From the NCBI GenBank assembly GCA_030614005.1, contig JAUWKS010000052.1, forward strand, positions 1 through 23,137: a stretch of DNA of 23,137 nucleotides, read 5' to 3'. Position 1 is the stretch's first letter. Each line of letters starts with the position of its first letter. The position numbers and the translations under genes were made by a program. Below are positions 8,367 to 18,252 of this stretch, in pieces. The notes beneath the pieces are model-generated. The model did no database searches, was not told the origin of the DNA, and saw only the letters and a program-made list of their open reading frames with translations. The stretch comes from Candidatus Heimdallarchaeota archaeon. GTDB lineage: Archaea; Asgardarchaeota; Heimdallarchaeia; JABLTI01.

Positions 8367-10097
8367 TTATTTTGTAGGAGGTGGGACTTCTTCCATTTTC
8401 TCTTCGCTGTTTTTAGCTGATTTTTGAGAGCTTTCCACGTTAGAAGAAGCAAGTCTAAGCTGTTCTTCATATCTAGCTATTTCATCTGCACTTGAATATG
8501 TAGCTAATGAATAGATGGAAAGACCACCAATTGCTAAACCAACGCCAAATAACACCCAACCAAAAGCATATCCTGCTATTCGAAAGACATCTCCAGTAAT
8601 ATCTAAACTAATACTTGCATAGAAATAATTAGATTCAGATGTGCTGAATTGTGTTACTATAGATACAACGTAGTATGTTCCTCGATCTGGTGCTGTAAAG
8701 GTAAACGATTGAGGTGTATTATCCAAATACAATAATACACTGTCATCAGCTTCACCAAGAACTTCATTGGCTAAAGTGGTATATGATGTAATTAAATTTG
8801 GAAAATAGAGACTACCATTACCATATGACTCATAATAATTTTCTTGGTAGTTCATCCACAGCACTTGAGTTTCTTCTACGAAATTATCAAAGATTTCTTT
8901 CTCAATAATCATAGTATAGATTTGATGCGAAATAGAGGGAGCATTTGTTTTTGTCGCATGAACGGTTATTGTATCGTCTTTTGAAAACACATATGTAATA
9001 GAACCTGCGTACCCCATATCACTTAGGCTTGGTGTTGCATCTTCATCCCAATTCGGATATTCTTGAACATTTAGATTAGCTTGAGAGGTATTCCGAATTG
9101 TTTTCGATGTTCCATTAACAGGTCCAATTACCAGTCCCAGTGTGATAAACAAAATTCCGAAAGTTATTAGGAACGACCTAATTTCTTTGAGATAATACTT
9201 CCATCCACCTGGTCTTCGACCTGCTTGGTATGGTACTTTTATTTTATCTCCTTGTAGTCGTGACCAAGCTAGTGTAAGAGATACAATAACAATCACAACA
9301 AGAACTATAGAGAACGTTATCGCATTTGCAGGATTTCCTAAGAATGCAAAACTATCTGCTTGATTTCCCGCGAATATAACCGGAGAGCTCTTAAATGGGT
9401 CATTCGGATGGAGGTCGTAAACGATTAGTGATTTAATATAATAGGCAATAGTAATGTTATTCAGTGTTTGAGAAAAGCTTGCAAGAACGAATTCCCAAAT
9501 GAAAACAAAGAATAATCCAAACCAGAGTGGATTTTTGAATAATAATCCCAAGAACATAAAGAATGCTCCATAAACTATTGAAGCAATTAATGCCGCTAGG
9601 AAATACCATAGTGCTGCCTGCCAATGTTGGAAACCACCGAAAATTCCAAAGGAAAGATAAACTAACCCTGTGGTTACAGCGGTGAATATTGGTACAATAG
9701 TTAGAAACGACAAATATTTCACAATTATCAATTCAAATCTATGAATCGGTCGTGTAGTCAGATATGTAAGCGTTCTGTCATTTGTTTCATCATTGAACAT
9801 CATAGAAGCAATATACATAGTAAATAATGGTATTATCAAACCAAAGTATCCAACAAACATAATGTCTGAATATGTTGAAAAGAAGACATCATAGGAAAGG
9901 GTTCTACTTGTGGCAAGTGCGATAATTGGACCTGCAACAATGGGTAAGATCATAAGAGCATTGAATATCCAAGTTTTAGTATCTTTTACTAGTACTGCCC
10001 AAAGCTTGGATAAATACAAACGATATATGGCGCCAAACCTTGTTGTCCAGTTGCTTTTTTTCTCATATTGTGTGAGTTTTGAATATATTTCTTCCAT
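8367..10097 (-). CDS. ABC-2 type exporter permease with an extra C-terminal TM / soluble domain / TM extension
   Basis: N-terminal ~280 aa has 6 TMs with the ABC-2 signature E.NDRTLTYLTTRPIHRFELIIVKY. Then a further TM, a ~170-aa Tyr/Thr-rich soluble domain and a final TM. Confidence 0.8.
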   Translation of the reverse strand: MEEIYSKLTQYEKKSNWTTRFGAIYRLYLSKLWAVLVKDTKTWIFNALMILPIVAGPIIALATSRTLSYDVFFSTYSDIMFVGYFGLIIPLFTMYIASMMFNDETNDRTLTYLTTRPIHRFELIIVKYLSFLTIVPIFTAVTTGLVYLSFGIFGGFQHWQAALWYFLAALIASIVYGAFFMFLGLLFKNPLWFGLFFVFIWEFVLASFSQTLNNITIAYYIKSLIVYDLHPNDPFKSSPVIFAGNQADSFAFLGNPANAITFSIVLVVIVIVSLTLAWSRLQGDKIKVPYQAGRRPGGWKYYLKEIRSFLITFGILFITLGLVIGPVNGTSKTIRNTSQANLNVQEYPNWDEDATPSLSDMGYAGSITYVFSKDDTITVHATKTNAPSISHQIYTMIIEKEIFDNFVEETQVLWMNYQENYYESYGNGSLYFPNLITSYTTLANEVLGEADDSVLLYLDNTPQSFTFTAPDRGTYYVVSIVTQFSTSESNYFYASISLDITGDVFRIAGYAFGWVLFGVGLAIGGLSIYSLATYSSADEIARYEEQLRLASSNVESSQKSAKNSEEKMEEVPPPTK

Positions 10098-10116
10098 TTT
10101 TTTTTCCTCCTAGTTC

Positions 10117-11055
10117 TTACCATCTCCTCGTTAGATACGAGAAGACTGACTCAAGATTAGCATCTGGACTGGTCATTTCTGAAATTGCTATGTTTGATTC
10201 GATAGCTATTTTCGTTATCATCTGATAAAACTCGTCCGGTTTCTTCGTTCGAATGCTCATATAGTCATCTGTAAGATGGTCCAATTCTATACTCAAAATA
10301 TAGTCATAATCAAATAAAATTTGAGCTAACTCTTTTCGTTGTGGGGTTTTAATACGAATAGTGTGAGGAAATTTATCCATTAAATCTCGTATAACACTAA
10401 GATTTCCTTGTGCGATAGCTCTTCCAGCATAAACAAGTAAAATATTGGACGTTACCCGTTCAACTTCGTGCAGAATATGACTTGATATCAAGATATCCTT
10501 CCCGAATTCTCTACCAAGCTTTTGAATTAAGGTGACTAGTTCTCGTCGAACAATTGGATCTGTTGATTGCAAGGGTTCATCAAGAAATAATATTTGTGGA
10601 TCATGAACCAGTGCTTGGGCAAGCTTAATTCTTTGTCTCATACCTTTTGAATACCCTTTGATTGGTCTATCCATAGCATCTTGTAATCCTACAAGCTCAA
10701 TTGCTTCGATTGCTGCTTGATTAGCAGCTTCGCGAGGAATGCCACTTATTTGGGCAAGTTCACGAACAAATTTCCTGCCAGTCATCCATTCAAAGAGTTT
10801 TTCTTGTTCTGGGCAGAAACCAATGTTTTTGAGAATCCCAGGATTATTCCATACTTCTTGTCCTTCTAGGTAAATTTCTCCTGAACTTTGACGGAGTTGA
10901 GCTGTGGCAATATTCAAGAAAGTCGATTTCCCTGCTCCGTTTGGTCCAAGTAATCCGACGATTCCGCGGTCAACTTTGATAGTTAATTTATTCAAAGCCA
11001 TTACTTCTTTATACCATTTGTTTAAATCATAAGTCTCAATAAAGTAAGATTTCAT
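10117..11055 (-). CDS. ABC transporter ATP-binding protein (start reassigned from 11142 to 11055)
   Basis: GPNGAGKS, YSKGMRQR signature, LFLDEP, SSH. The ATG at 11055 overlaps the upstream TGA (ATGA) and has GGAGGA just upstream. Confidence 0.92.
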   Translation of the reverse strand: MKSYFIETYDLNKWYKEVMALNKLTIKVDRGIVGLLGPNGAGKSTFLNIATAQLRQSSGEIYLEGQEVWNNPGILKNIGFCPEQEKLFEWMTGRKFVRELAQISGIPREAANQAAIEAIELVGLQDAMDRPIKGYSKGMRQRIKLAQALVHDPQILFLDEPLQSTDPIVRRELVTLIQKLGREFGKDILISSHILHEVERVTSNILLVYAGRAIAQGNLSVIRDLMDKFPHTIRIKTPQRKELAQILFDYDYILSIELDHLTDDYMSIRTKKPDEFYQMITKIAIESNIAISEMTSPDANLESVFSYLTRRW

Positions 11056-11969
11056 CCGCTGATGTCCTCCTTGTACAAGTTTCTGATTGTAAGAAGTAAA
11101 GCTAAAATTGATATCAAAATGAGTATAGCTAATGAAACCCATCCATTGATATTAAATCCGAAGAAATTCGCTGCTTCTCCGAGGAGTGAACCTGCAGACG
11201 GTTTTCCAAATAAAACATAGACACTCGATGCGATAAGCGACGAGACTGAGAAATAATTCAACCAGTTCTGTTGGAAGATCATATTTACAGAGTTTAGAAT
11301 AACAGAAGGTAGAAAGATAATTAAAATCATCAGAATTCCACCGAGAATGCTCTGTTTTGTCATTGATGAAAATAATAGTGTAATTGATCCGAAGAACAAA
11401 TTTATAACCATCGCAGCACCAAATGCTGCAAAATATACCCAGAATGTTTGAAGGAATTCAGCACCAGAAACTCCTGCAAGTAATGTAAAAGAAACCATGA
11501 ACATAAACCAAGGTATGTAAGTTACAAATGAAGAGACCATCATTACTGAAATGAATTTCCCTATACCATAGTCAAGTCTGTCTATTGGTTTTGCCATATA
11601 CAGCGCTAAAGCATTGTGTTTCTTATCATTAGAAATCGTACCAGAATTTAATGCCGCAATAAATACTGTTGGCATAAAAATTGATCCAGCATTAAATGAA
11701 AACATAATGATCAAATAAAGCGCTAAATCAAGAGATTCAAAGAGTTCACCTAAAACAAGATTTCCTACACCTGCTGGAAGAAAAATAGCCATAAATACGA
11801 GCATTAATGTAAATGCCAGTACAGGTAAATTGCAAAAAATCATTAGAAAAATAGCTTTTTTTCCGGAAAATTGCACTCGAAAGGTACTTTTGGCAATTGC
11901 CCAAATTTTATACCATCTTCCTTTTAATTCACCTTCATAGGTTCTATAGCTACGATCAAAGACACTCAT
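11052..11969 (-). CDS. ABC-2 type exporter permease
   Basis: 6 TM segments with ISNDKKHNALALYMAKPIDRLDYGIGKF. Start directly abuts the upstream stop (TAAATG). Confidence 0.85.
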   Translation of the reverse strand: MSVFDRSYRTYEGELKGRWYKIWAIAKSTFRVQFSGKKAIFLMIFCNLPVLAFTLMLVFMAIFLPAGVGNLVLGELFESLDLALYLIIMFSFNAGSIFMPTVFIAALNSGTISNDKKHNALALYMAKPIDRLDYGIGKFISVMMVSSFVTYIPWFMFMVSFTLLAGVSGAEFLQTFWVYFAAFGAAMVINLFFGSITLLFSSMTKQSILGGILMILIIFLPSVILNSVNMIFQQNWLNYFSVSSLIASSVYVLFGKPSAGSLLGEAANFFGFNINGWVSLAILILISILALLLTIRNLYKEDISG

Positions 11970-12953
11970 TTAGTTTTTTCCTCCGATTGCTTGCTTATTT
12001 TCAGCACCTTCAATTTGATGTATAAATACATCTTCCAAAATTGCTTTTCTGGGAGTCATCGAACGAATTTGTGTGTTGGTATCATAAGCTATTTGTATGA
12101 TACTTTGTGCAGGTGATTCACCAGAATATGGGACTTGAATTACTTTATCAATTACTTCAAATGTTAGTCCTTGTTTTCTAAGACCACCTAGAAAATCATT
12201 TAATGAACCTTTGATTTGGATATTCATCATTCGATTTTCTGCAGATCCCGCTTCTTGACCAGTCAAATCATCAATTCGACCTTGAGTCACAAAATGCCCT
12301 CGATCTAAGATTGTTGCAAATTCACATGTTGCTTCAATATCTGGAAGTAAATGTGATGATATAAGAAGATTGATTGAATGGTCTTGACTAATTTCACGAA
12401 TAAGATCTATCATATCAATTCGTCCTCTAGGATCTAAACCATTGGTAGGTTCGTCTAAAATCAGTAATTCAGGATCGTTAACTAAAGCTTGAGCAAGCTT
12501 CAATCTTTGAAGCATACCGGTAGAAAATTCATTTACTTTTCGATATCTTGCTTCATCCAATCCAACATATTGCAGCGTTTCATGAGCTCTTTGCATAGCT
12601 TCAGCAGCGGGCAGTCCAGCAATTTTCCCAAGAAGAGAAACTTGCTTAACAGCGTTTACACCCGGAATAATTGTATAATGTTCCGGCATATACCCGATGA
12701 ACTCTTTTATTTTTCTGCCTTCTGATTTTATATCGTAACCTAATACTTGGGCTTCTCCTGAATCTGCTTTAATATATCCCAATAATACTTTGATGAGGGT
12801 ACTTTTACCTGCACCATTTGGTCCAAGAATGGAATTTGCTCCTCGTGACAAACTAAAAGAGATATTATTTAAAGCGACAATATTGTGTGATCCAGATACA
12901 CCATAAGTTTTGGTCATACCTTCTATGTAAATTAAATCGTTTTTTACACCCAT
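11970..12953 (-). CDS. ABC transporter ATP-binding protein
   Basis: GPNGAGKS, FSTGMLQR, LLILDEPTNGLDP, SSHLL. GAGG upstream of the ATG. Confidence 0.93.
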   Translation of the reverse strand: MGVKNDLIYIEGMTKTYGVSGSHNIVALNNISFSLSRGANSILGPNGAGKSTLIKVLLGYIKADSGEAQVLGYDIKSEGRKIKEFIGYMPEHYTIIPGVNAVKQVSLLGKIAGLPAAEAMQRAHETLQYVGLDEARYRKVNEFSTGMLQRLKLAQALVNDPELLILDEPTNGLDPRGRIDMIDLIREISQDHSINLLISSHLLPDIEATCEFATILDRGHFVTQGRIDDLTGQEAGSAENRMMNIQIKGSLNDFLGGLRKQGLTFEVIDKVIQVPYSGESPAQSIIQIAYDTNTQIRSMTPRKAILEDVFIHQIEGAENKQAIGGKN

Positions 12954-13252
12954 TTGTTACGCCTCGATATTAGATAACTAAATTCATAATAGCTAGAAAT
13001 TTAAAAAAAACATTTCTTAGTTATTTTGGTGTTTATTCTTTTTTAATATAACTGAATTATTTAAATCTCTTTATAATAGATTATAATGAAATATTCGAAT
13101 TCAGCATTTCCCTTGGATTAATACACTTATTCCTCTCTTTTTATGTTGTAAAATGATACAAGAAAAGTTAAATAATTGTCAGCATAAACGAAATGTGTAA
13201 AACATTGCTTGCATTAATAATTTAGTAAAAATAACAAAGGTTTGAAATTTAA

Positions 13253-15172
13253 ATGCGATTTGGGGATAACAATGATTCTGAGACTTCTGGATCTCATAAT
13301 GGTGTCAATAACTTAAATTCAAAGCTTTCAGATGTTTCTGAAATGATGCGTCTAACAGAGGGCATCCTAGATATTTTCAATGTAAGAATTTCTCTCATCG
13401 ATATTAATAATGAATTACTTTATACTTCAAACAATTCGGAGAAAATAATTGGTTATACATTTGACGATTTCAAATATCTTAATACATATGGGTATATTCA
13501 CCCAGATGATCGTGAAAAAGCTAAGAGCAAATTATCTACTTTTAAAAAATCTGATTTTACTGATTCTTATGATTATCGAATTTTCAAACCAAATGGTGAG
13601 CTCAAATGGATGCGTGGGATTGCTCACAATTTCGTTAACACAAAAACGAATGAACAAATTGGTTATTTTTTGATTGAATTTGATGTTTCAGGGGAACAAG
13701 ATTCTGGCGATGATCCGTCCATAAATCAATCCCTCTTAAAGGGATTGATAGAGTTAAACGCTCAACCACTTCTTTATACTAAGAATCACCAAATTATTTG
13801 GACCAATAAACGTTGGTTAGGGTTTTTCAATTATTCAGAAGAAAGTGTTATGAATAAACCGATTGGTTTTCTGTTTTCAAATCAAGATGATTATGCCAAA
13901 TTTCTCTTTGAATGCAATAAATCACTCAAGAAAAAAGGAACAATCGAGTTCTACTCAACATTACACGGTAATAAAAAGAACGAATTTCAAGCAAAAATTT
14001 ATGCCCGTGCAATCGATAAAAACAATCTCTCTCAAGGGATGATTATTTATTTCGCAGATGTGACCGAAAACATTGCCGCAGAAACGATAAGTGATACTAG
14101 ATTAAATTTCTATGATTCAATCTTAAGTAATATGGAAATTCTTCTCGTTCAAGTTACAAATAACAAAATAAATTGGATAAACGATTATGTCTCAGAAATA
14201 CTGCAATATAACAAAGAAGAATTAATTGGAAAGGAATTTAGTGTTCTTTTTCAAACAAAAAATGCTTCTAAAACGTTAGTTAGTGAAATAAATCGTTGCT
14301 TTATCACAAAAAGAAATTTTGTTGGTGAGATTGTCTGTATACGCAAAGATAGAATGCCAATTGGATTGAATATTAGAGCGGTCTCTCAAAATTACGATCA
14401 AAAATCAGGAATGCTCCTCTTTCTTGAACCAAATGATGACTTAAGAAAGCTCATCAATAAATTGCGTGATGAAAAAAGTCAGCTTGAATTTTACAGCGAT
14501 TTGTTGTTTCATGATGTAAGAAATTTATGTCAAGATGCTGTGTTACAAATAGATTTGTCTATTACAAAAACAGAAACTTCTCCTGAAGAATCAATTCGTA
14601 AACAAAATAAAGGACGTTTGGAGATTCTAAGAATAGGTGAACTCATTTCAAATATTGATAAATTTTTCAAAACTAAAAGGAAAGATTACGATCTTCATTC
14701 AATTGATCTTTATAACCCCTACATGAAAGCAGTGGAAAAAATTCGTTTAAAGTTTGAACCGCGTTTAATAAATATTGAACACAATTTGATACAAGGAAAA
14801 TACCTAGCTACTGCAAACGATTGGTTGGAAGATATCTTCTTCAATATTCTCAATAATGCAGTAAGATACGATAAGAATCCTGAAGCCAATATTAAAGTAA
14901 CTATTCAAAAGAGCCAAGAAAATGTCGATTTTTGGGAAATAATTTTTTCAGATAATGGTCCCGGTATTGACGATGATTTAAAGAAGAATTTATTCGATAG
15001 ATATGCTCGTAGCAAAGGAACAATTCATGGTTCAGGTTTTGGATTGACTCTGGTAAAAGAAATAGTTGAAAGCTATAATGGGTTTATTTCAGTTGAAGAT
15101 CGAGACCCTGCAAATCCAAGTAAGGGAATTAGTATTATTGTAGAATTACCAAAGTCTGTTGAAGATGTTTAA
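13253..15172 (+). CDS. Cytoplasmic multi-PAS (about 3) sensor histidine kinase
   Basis: PAS/PAC (YIHPDDRE...YRIFKPNGELKW) plus two PAS repeats (N.....F.Y..E....K...LF), H-box LFHDVRN, N-box FNILNNAVRY, G1 DNGPGI, F box LFDRY, G2 GSGFGL. No TM segment seen. Confidence 0.9.
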   Translation: MRFGDNNDSETSGSHNGVNNLNSKLSDVSEMMRLTEGILDIFNVRISLIDINNELLYTSNNSEKIIGYTFDDFKYLNTYGYIHPDDREKAKSKLSTFKKSDFTDSYDYRIFKPNGELKWMRGIAHNFVNTKTNEQIGYFLIEFDVSGEQDSGDDPSINQSLLKGLIELNAQPLLYTKNHQIIWTNKRWLGFFNYSEESVMNKPIGFLFSNQDDYAKFLFECNKSLKKKGTIEFYSTLHGNKKNEFQAKIYARAIDKNNLSQGMIIYFADVTENIAAETISDTRLNFYDSILSNMEILLVQVTNNKINWINDYVSEILQYNKEELIGKEFSVLFQTKNASKTLVSEINRCFITKRNFVGEIVCIRKDRMPIGLNIRAVSQNYDQKSGMLLFLEPNDDLRKLINKLRDEKSQLEFYSDLLFHDVRNLCQDAVLQIDLSITKTETSPEESIRKQNKGRLEILRIGELISNIDKFFKTKRKDYDLHSIDLYNPYMKAVEKIRLKFEPRLINIEHNLIQGKYLATANDWLEDIFFNILNNAVRYDKNPEANIKVTIQKSQENVDFWEIIFSDNGPGIDDDLKKNLFDRYARSKGTIHGSGFGLTLVKEIVESYNGFISVEDRDPANPSKGISIIVELPKSVEDV

Positions 15173-15322
15173 CATTATCTTTTTGATTTACACAAATTGT
15201 TGGTTTTTAGTACAGTTTTCAACAGAATTTTAGTTTGAATGAAATGGTTTAATATTAGGTTAACCAATGGAATCATTATACCTTTAATGATAAGGAAATT
15301 TATTGGTTGAGAGTGTATACTT

Positions 15323-17167
15323 GTGTCTAATGAAAAAGAACAAAATAATGAAGAAATTTTCGAGGACAATCATTTAGGTGAAGATACAAAAGAGCAATCC
15401 CAAGATGAACATCCTAATGAAAATGAAACCAAAAATGAAATTTCTTGTTCAAATTGTGGAACACTAAATCCGAAGTCAAATCTTTTTTGTAAAAACTGCG
15501 GATCTCCTTTTGTTCAGAAGGTTATTTGCCAACAGTGCAGTTCAGAAATGCCTGTTTATAATTCCTTTTGTTCAAAATGTGGTGGAATCCTAAAACAAAA
15601 TATACCACAAATTCAACAGACACCAGGTACAACACACATACCTCCTCATCCAAGCCAACAACAGATTTTTGATCCACAAAGATACTATGTGTCACCTCCT
15701 TCACCAGGAGAAATGAATGCCCAAGAACAAATACGGTTAGCACGTTATCAAACCTTTAACATAGTAGGTTCAGTTGCAGGATTTCTAATGATTTTTGCGG
15801 GAATTGTTGGTTTGATTGTCTTTATAATAGTGATGGCTTTCTCACCATCTGTTATAAATGAAATATTACTACCAGAAGATAGAGCCTATTATTATGGATC
15901 ACTGGTTGCGATGTTTATCCCTTTGATAATCGGTGTAACAATAGCAGGTATATCGTTGATAATTTATCGGCCTGAAGGAAATGCTTGGAAAGGATTTTAT
16001 TATACTTTGAGGTATCTATTCGTTGGATTTTCAGCTGTTTTAGCTATTTTAATCGTACTCAGTATTGGTTCATGGATATTTTATAACCCCTCAACACCTA
16101 TAAGTGGTTCAATACCATTTTGGTTGTTTGTAATGATTGAAATACCAATTGTTAACTTTCCATTGGTTGCTTTAGTTGTAATAATAATAATGGTATTTCT
16201 ACTTGGTGTTGTTTCTATGGTTATTCCAACATTGATAAGAATAATCAAAAAATATCAAAAAAACAATCAAATTTCAGAAGAAATATCTTTTGATGATAAT
16301 TCAGGCATAGAACCGATTGTTCTCGAATTAGATAAGGAGAAGAAAATTACTGAAGAATCTGATGTTAAATTATCTTTATTAGAAACGAGAAAAGGAGTTT
16401 TGCCAAGTATATTTTATCTTCTAAAAAACAATCCAATAATTGGTTCAATTGAACTATTAGGTGCTTCCTATTTAGTATCAATAATTCTAATTCTTATAAT
16501 GACTCCTTTTATCAATCAAAATACTTCAGGTGGGTCAACACCGGTTGAAGCACCAGATCCTTTTATTACTCTGTTCTCATTGGCTTGGGCAGGTGTTTTT
16601 GAGGAAATTAGTTTCCGTTTGCTAATTATTGGAATACCAATGATTTTCGTTATGCTTACTCGATATTTAATGCAACAACAAAAAAGTAGTATAGAAACTA
16701 TGGAACGAATACCTGCTGACCGAATGAAGGTATTAGATGATACTGAAAAAATAAAGGATTGGCAAATTCTATTTGCAATTAGAGGCAAATATAAGAAAAT
16801 TAGTTACCCAGAATGGACACTTATAATCATTTCATCGACTTTATTTGGATTTGCACATTGGGAGAAATGGACTGGTAGTTGGGGAGCTTGGAAGATCGTT
16901 CAAGCAGGAGTTGCAGGTCTATTTCTAAGTTATGCTTTTGTAAAATACGGTATTGAATCGGCAATATTTATTCATGTAAGCAATAATGTTCTTATTGGTT
17001 TAGCTGTTTTTTCAGGAACAGTAGGTGCTAATTGGATAGCAGGTATCTCAAGCTTTCTTGTTTCTTGTTTGTTTGCTGTTGGTATATTTAAAATCATTAG
17101 TTTTGTAATAAACTTCGCTCTGACATTATACTTTAGGAAAGGTGATAAAAAGAGCCTAAGTTATTAG
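15323..17167 (+). CDS. Double-zinc-ribbon plus CPBP (Abi / type II CAAX-like) intramembrane glutamic protease (GTG start)
   Basis: CSNC/CKNC and CQQC/CSKC ribbons, Pro/Gln linker, several TMs, then CPBP motifs FEEISFR, FGFAH, AIFIHVSNN. Confidence 0.85.
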   Translation: MSNEKEQNNEEIFEDNHLGEDTKEQSQDEHPNENETKNEISCSNCGTLNPKSNLFCKNCGSPFVQKVICQQCSSEMPVYNSFCSKCGGILKQNIPQIQQTPGTTHIPPHPSQQQIFDPQRYYVSPPSPGEMNAQEQIRLARYQTFNIVGSVAGFLMIFAGIVGLIVFIIVMAFSPSVINEILLPEDRAYYYGSLVAMFIPLIIGVTIAGISLIIYRPEGNAWKGFYYTLRYLFVGFSAVLAILIVLSIGSWIFYNPSTPISGSIPFWLFVMIEIPIVNFPLVALVVIIIMVFLLGVVSMVIPTLIRIIKKYQKNNQISEEISFDDNSGIEPIVLELDKEKKITEESDVKLSLLETRKGVLPSIFYLLKNNPIIGSIELLGASYLVSIILILIMTPFINQNTSGGSTPVEAPDPFITLFSLAWAGVFEEISFRLLIIGIPMIFVMLTRYLMQQQKSSIETMERIPADRMKVLDDTEKIKDWQILFAIRGKYKKISYPEWTLIIISSTLFGFAHWEKWTGSWGAWKIVQAGVAGLFLSYAFVKYGIESAIFIHVSNNVLIGLAVFSGTVGANWIAGISSFLVSCLFAVGIFKIISFVINFALTLYFRKGDKKSLSY

Positions 17168-17207
17168 CTCTTTTTCTTTCAATAAATTATTTTGGACTGA
17201 AAGAATA

Positions 17208-17711
17208 TTGAATAAATTATCCACTGAACCTCAAAAAGAAAAATATGCTCATATAATTGGCATCGGAAATTTAACACGCTTAGATGATGGAGTTGCAATA
17301 CGAATAATCGAGCAACTAAGGAAAAAGAATATCCCATCCAATGTGAAGGTTACCGATCTTGGTACTGGAGGAATTGATATTATTTTAGCTTTAGATGGTT
17401 GGGAGAAGGGGATAATTATTGATGCTGTAGATTTGGATTATTTACATCCAGGAGCAATTGTTGAATATCGTGTTAAGGACGAGAATATACCAGAAATTAA
17501 AGGGCTAAGTTCAACTCATGGGTTTGATGCTGTAACTGCACTAAAATTAGCTTTCTCTTTACAAGAATATGATTTACCATCTGAGATACGAATAATTGGC
17601 ATACAAGTTAAAAACCTAGAAGGATTAGGAACAGATTTATCTTCAGAGGTTGAATCTGCAATACCCAAAGTAATTCAGCGAATATCAGAATTATTACAAA
17701 TTAAATTTTAG
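17208..17711 (+). CDS. Hydrogenase maturation protease (HyaD/HycI family, peptidase A31) (TTG start)
   Basis: IIGIGNLTRLDDGVA, DLGTGG, IIIDAV, STHGF, IIGIQ...GTDLSSEV. Confidence 0.88.
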   Translation: MNKLSTEPQKEKYAHIIGIGNLTRLDDGVAIRIIEQLRKKNIPSNVKVTDLGTGGIDIILALDGWEKGIIIDAVDLDYLHPGAIVEYRVKDENIPEIKGLSSTHGFDAVTALKLAFSLQEYDLPSEIRIIGIQVKNLEGLGTDLSSEVESAIPKVIQRISELLQIKF

Positions 17712-17730
17712 AAAGAGACTTTTTTCGTTT

Positions 17731-18252
17731 TTATTTTGGAATTTTATCAAAGGATAAACGAGCGATTTCGTTGAAAACGAGGTTTACTCCTAAACCATTT
17801 GAAGCAGAGGTTTCAACATAGCGTATTGCATTGTATTGTTTTATTGTTTCTGCAATTACATCTTCATCAAGGAGTTGGTCTCTGGGGAGATCGCTTTTTC
17901 CGCCAACTAGAATAATGGATGTGTTAGAATTTTTATCAACAAAACCATACCATGTTTCTAATCCTTTGACAGAAAGTGCTCTTGTTAAATCGAACATTAA
18001 AATAGCTACTAGTGCTCCTCGAAAATAATTATCGAAAATACCCATCTGTTTGAATTGTTCTTGACCACCGCAATCCCATACCGAAAGTGAAATCTCTCTT
18101 TCTTGGTAGCTCATTTGGTGAATATGAAACCCAACACCGATGGTAAGCTTTGTCGTATCAATAAACTCACCTGTAAGGTATCTTTGAATAAGGGTTGTTT
18201 TTCCAACTCCTCCATCGCCACCAAAAACGACTTTTGCTATGATTTTGCTCAA
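17731..18252 (-). CDS. Rab-like small GTPase (TTG start)
   Basis: G1 GDGGVGKT, G2/RabF1 TIGVGF, G3 WDCGGQEQF, RabF4 YFRGA, RabF5 LMFDLT, G4 variant GGKSD, G5 ETSAS. Confidence 0.9.
   Translation of the reverse strand: MSKIIAKVVFGGDGGVGKTTLIQRYLTGEFIDTTKLTIGVGFHIHQMSYQEREISLSVWDCGGQEQFKQMGIFDNYFRGALVAILMFDLTRALSVKGLETWYGFVDKNSNTSIILVGGKSDLPRDQLLDEDVIAETIKQYNAIRYVETSASNGLGVNLVFNEIARLSFDKIPK

Noticed and set aside
11056-11142. N-terminal extension of the second ABC ATPase given by the ORF track
   Set aside because: It overlaps the permease gene by 91 bp. The ATG at 11055 has a GGAGGA site and an ATGA coupling overlap.
15323-18252. CPBP (Rce1-like) protease processing the neighbouring Rab-like GTPase as a CAAX substrate
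   Set aside because: None of the three GTPases ends in a Cys motif (ends are DKIPK, EIISV, PLDSI), so there is no prenylation or CAAX site.
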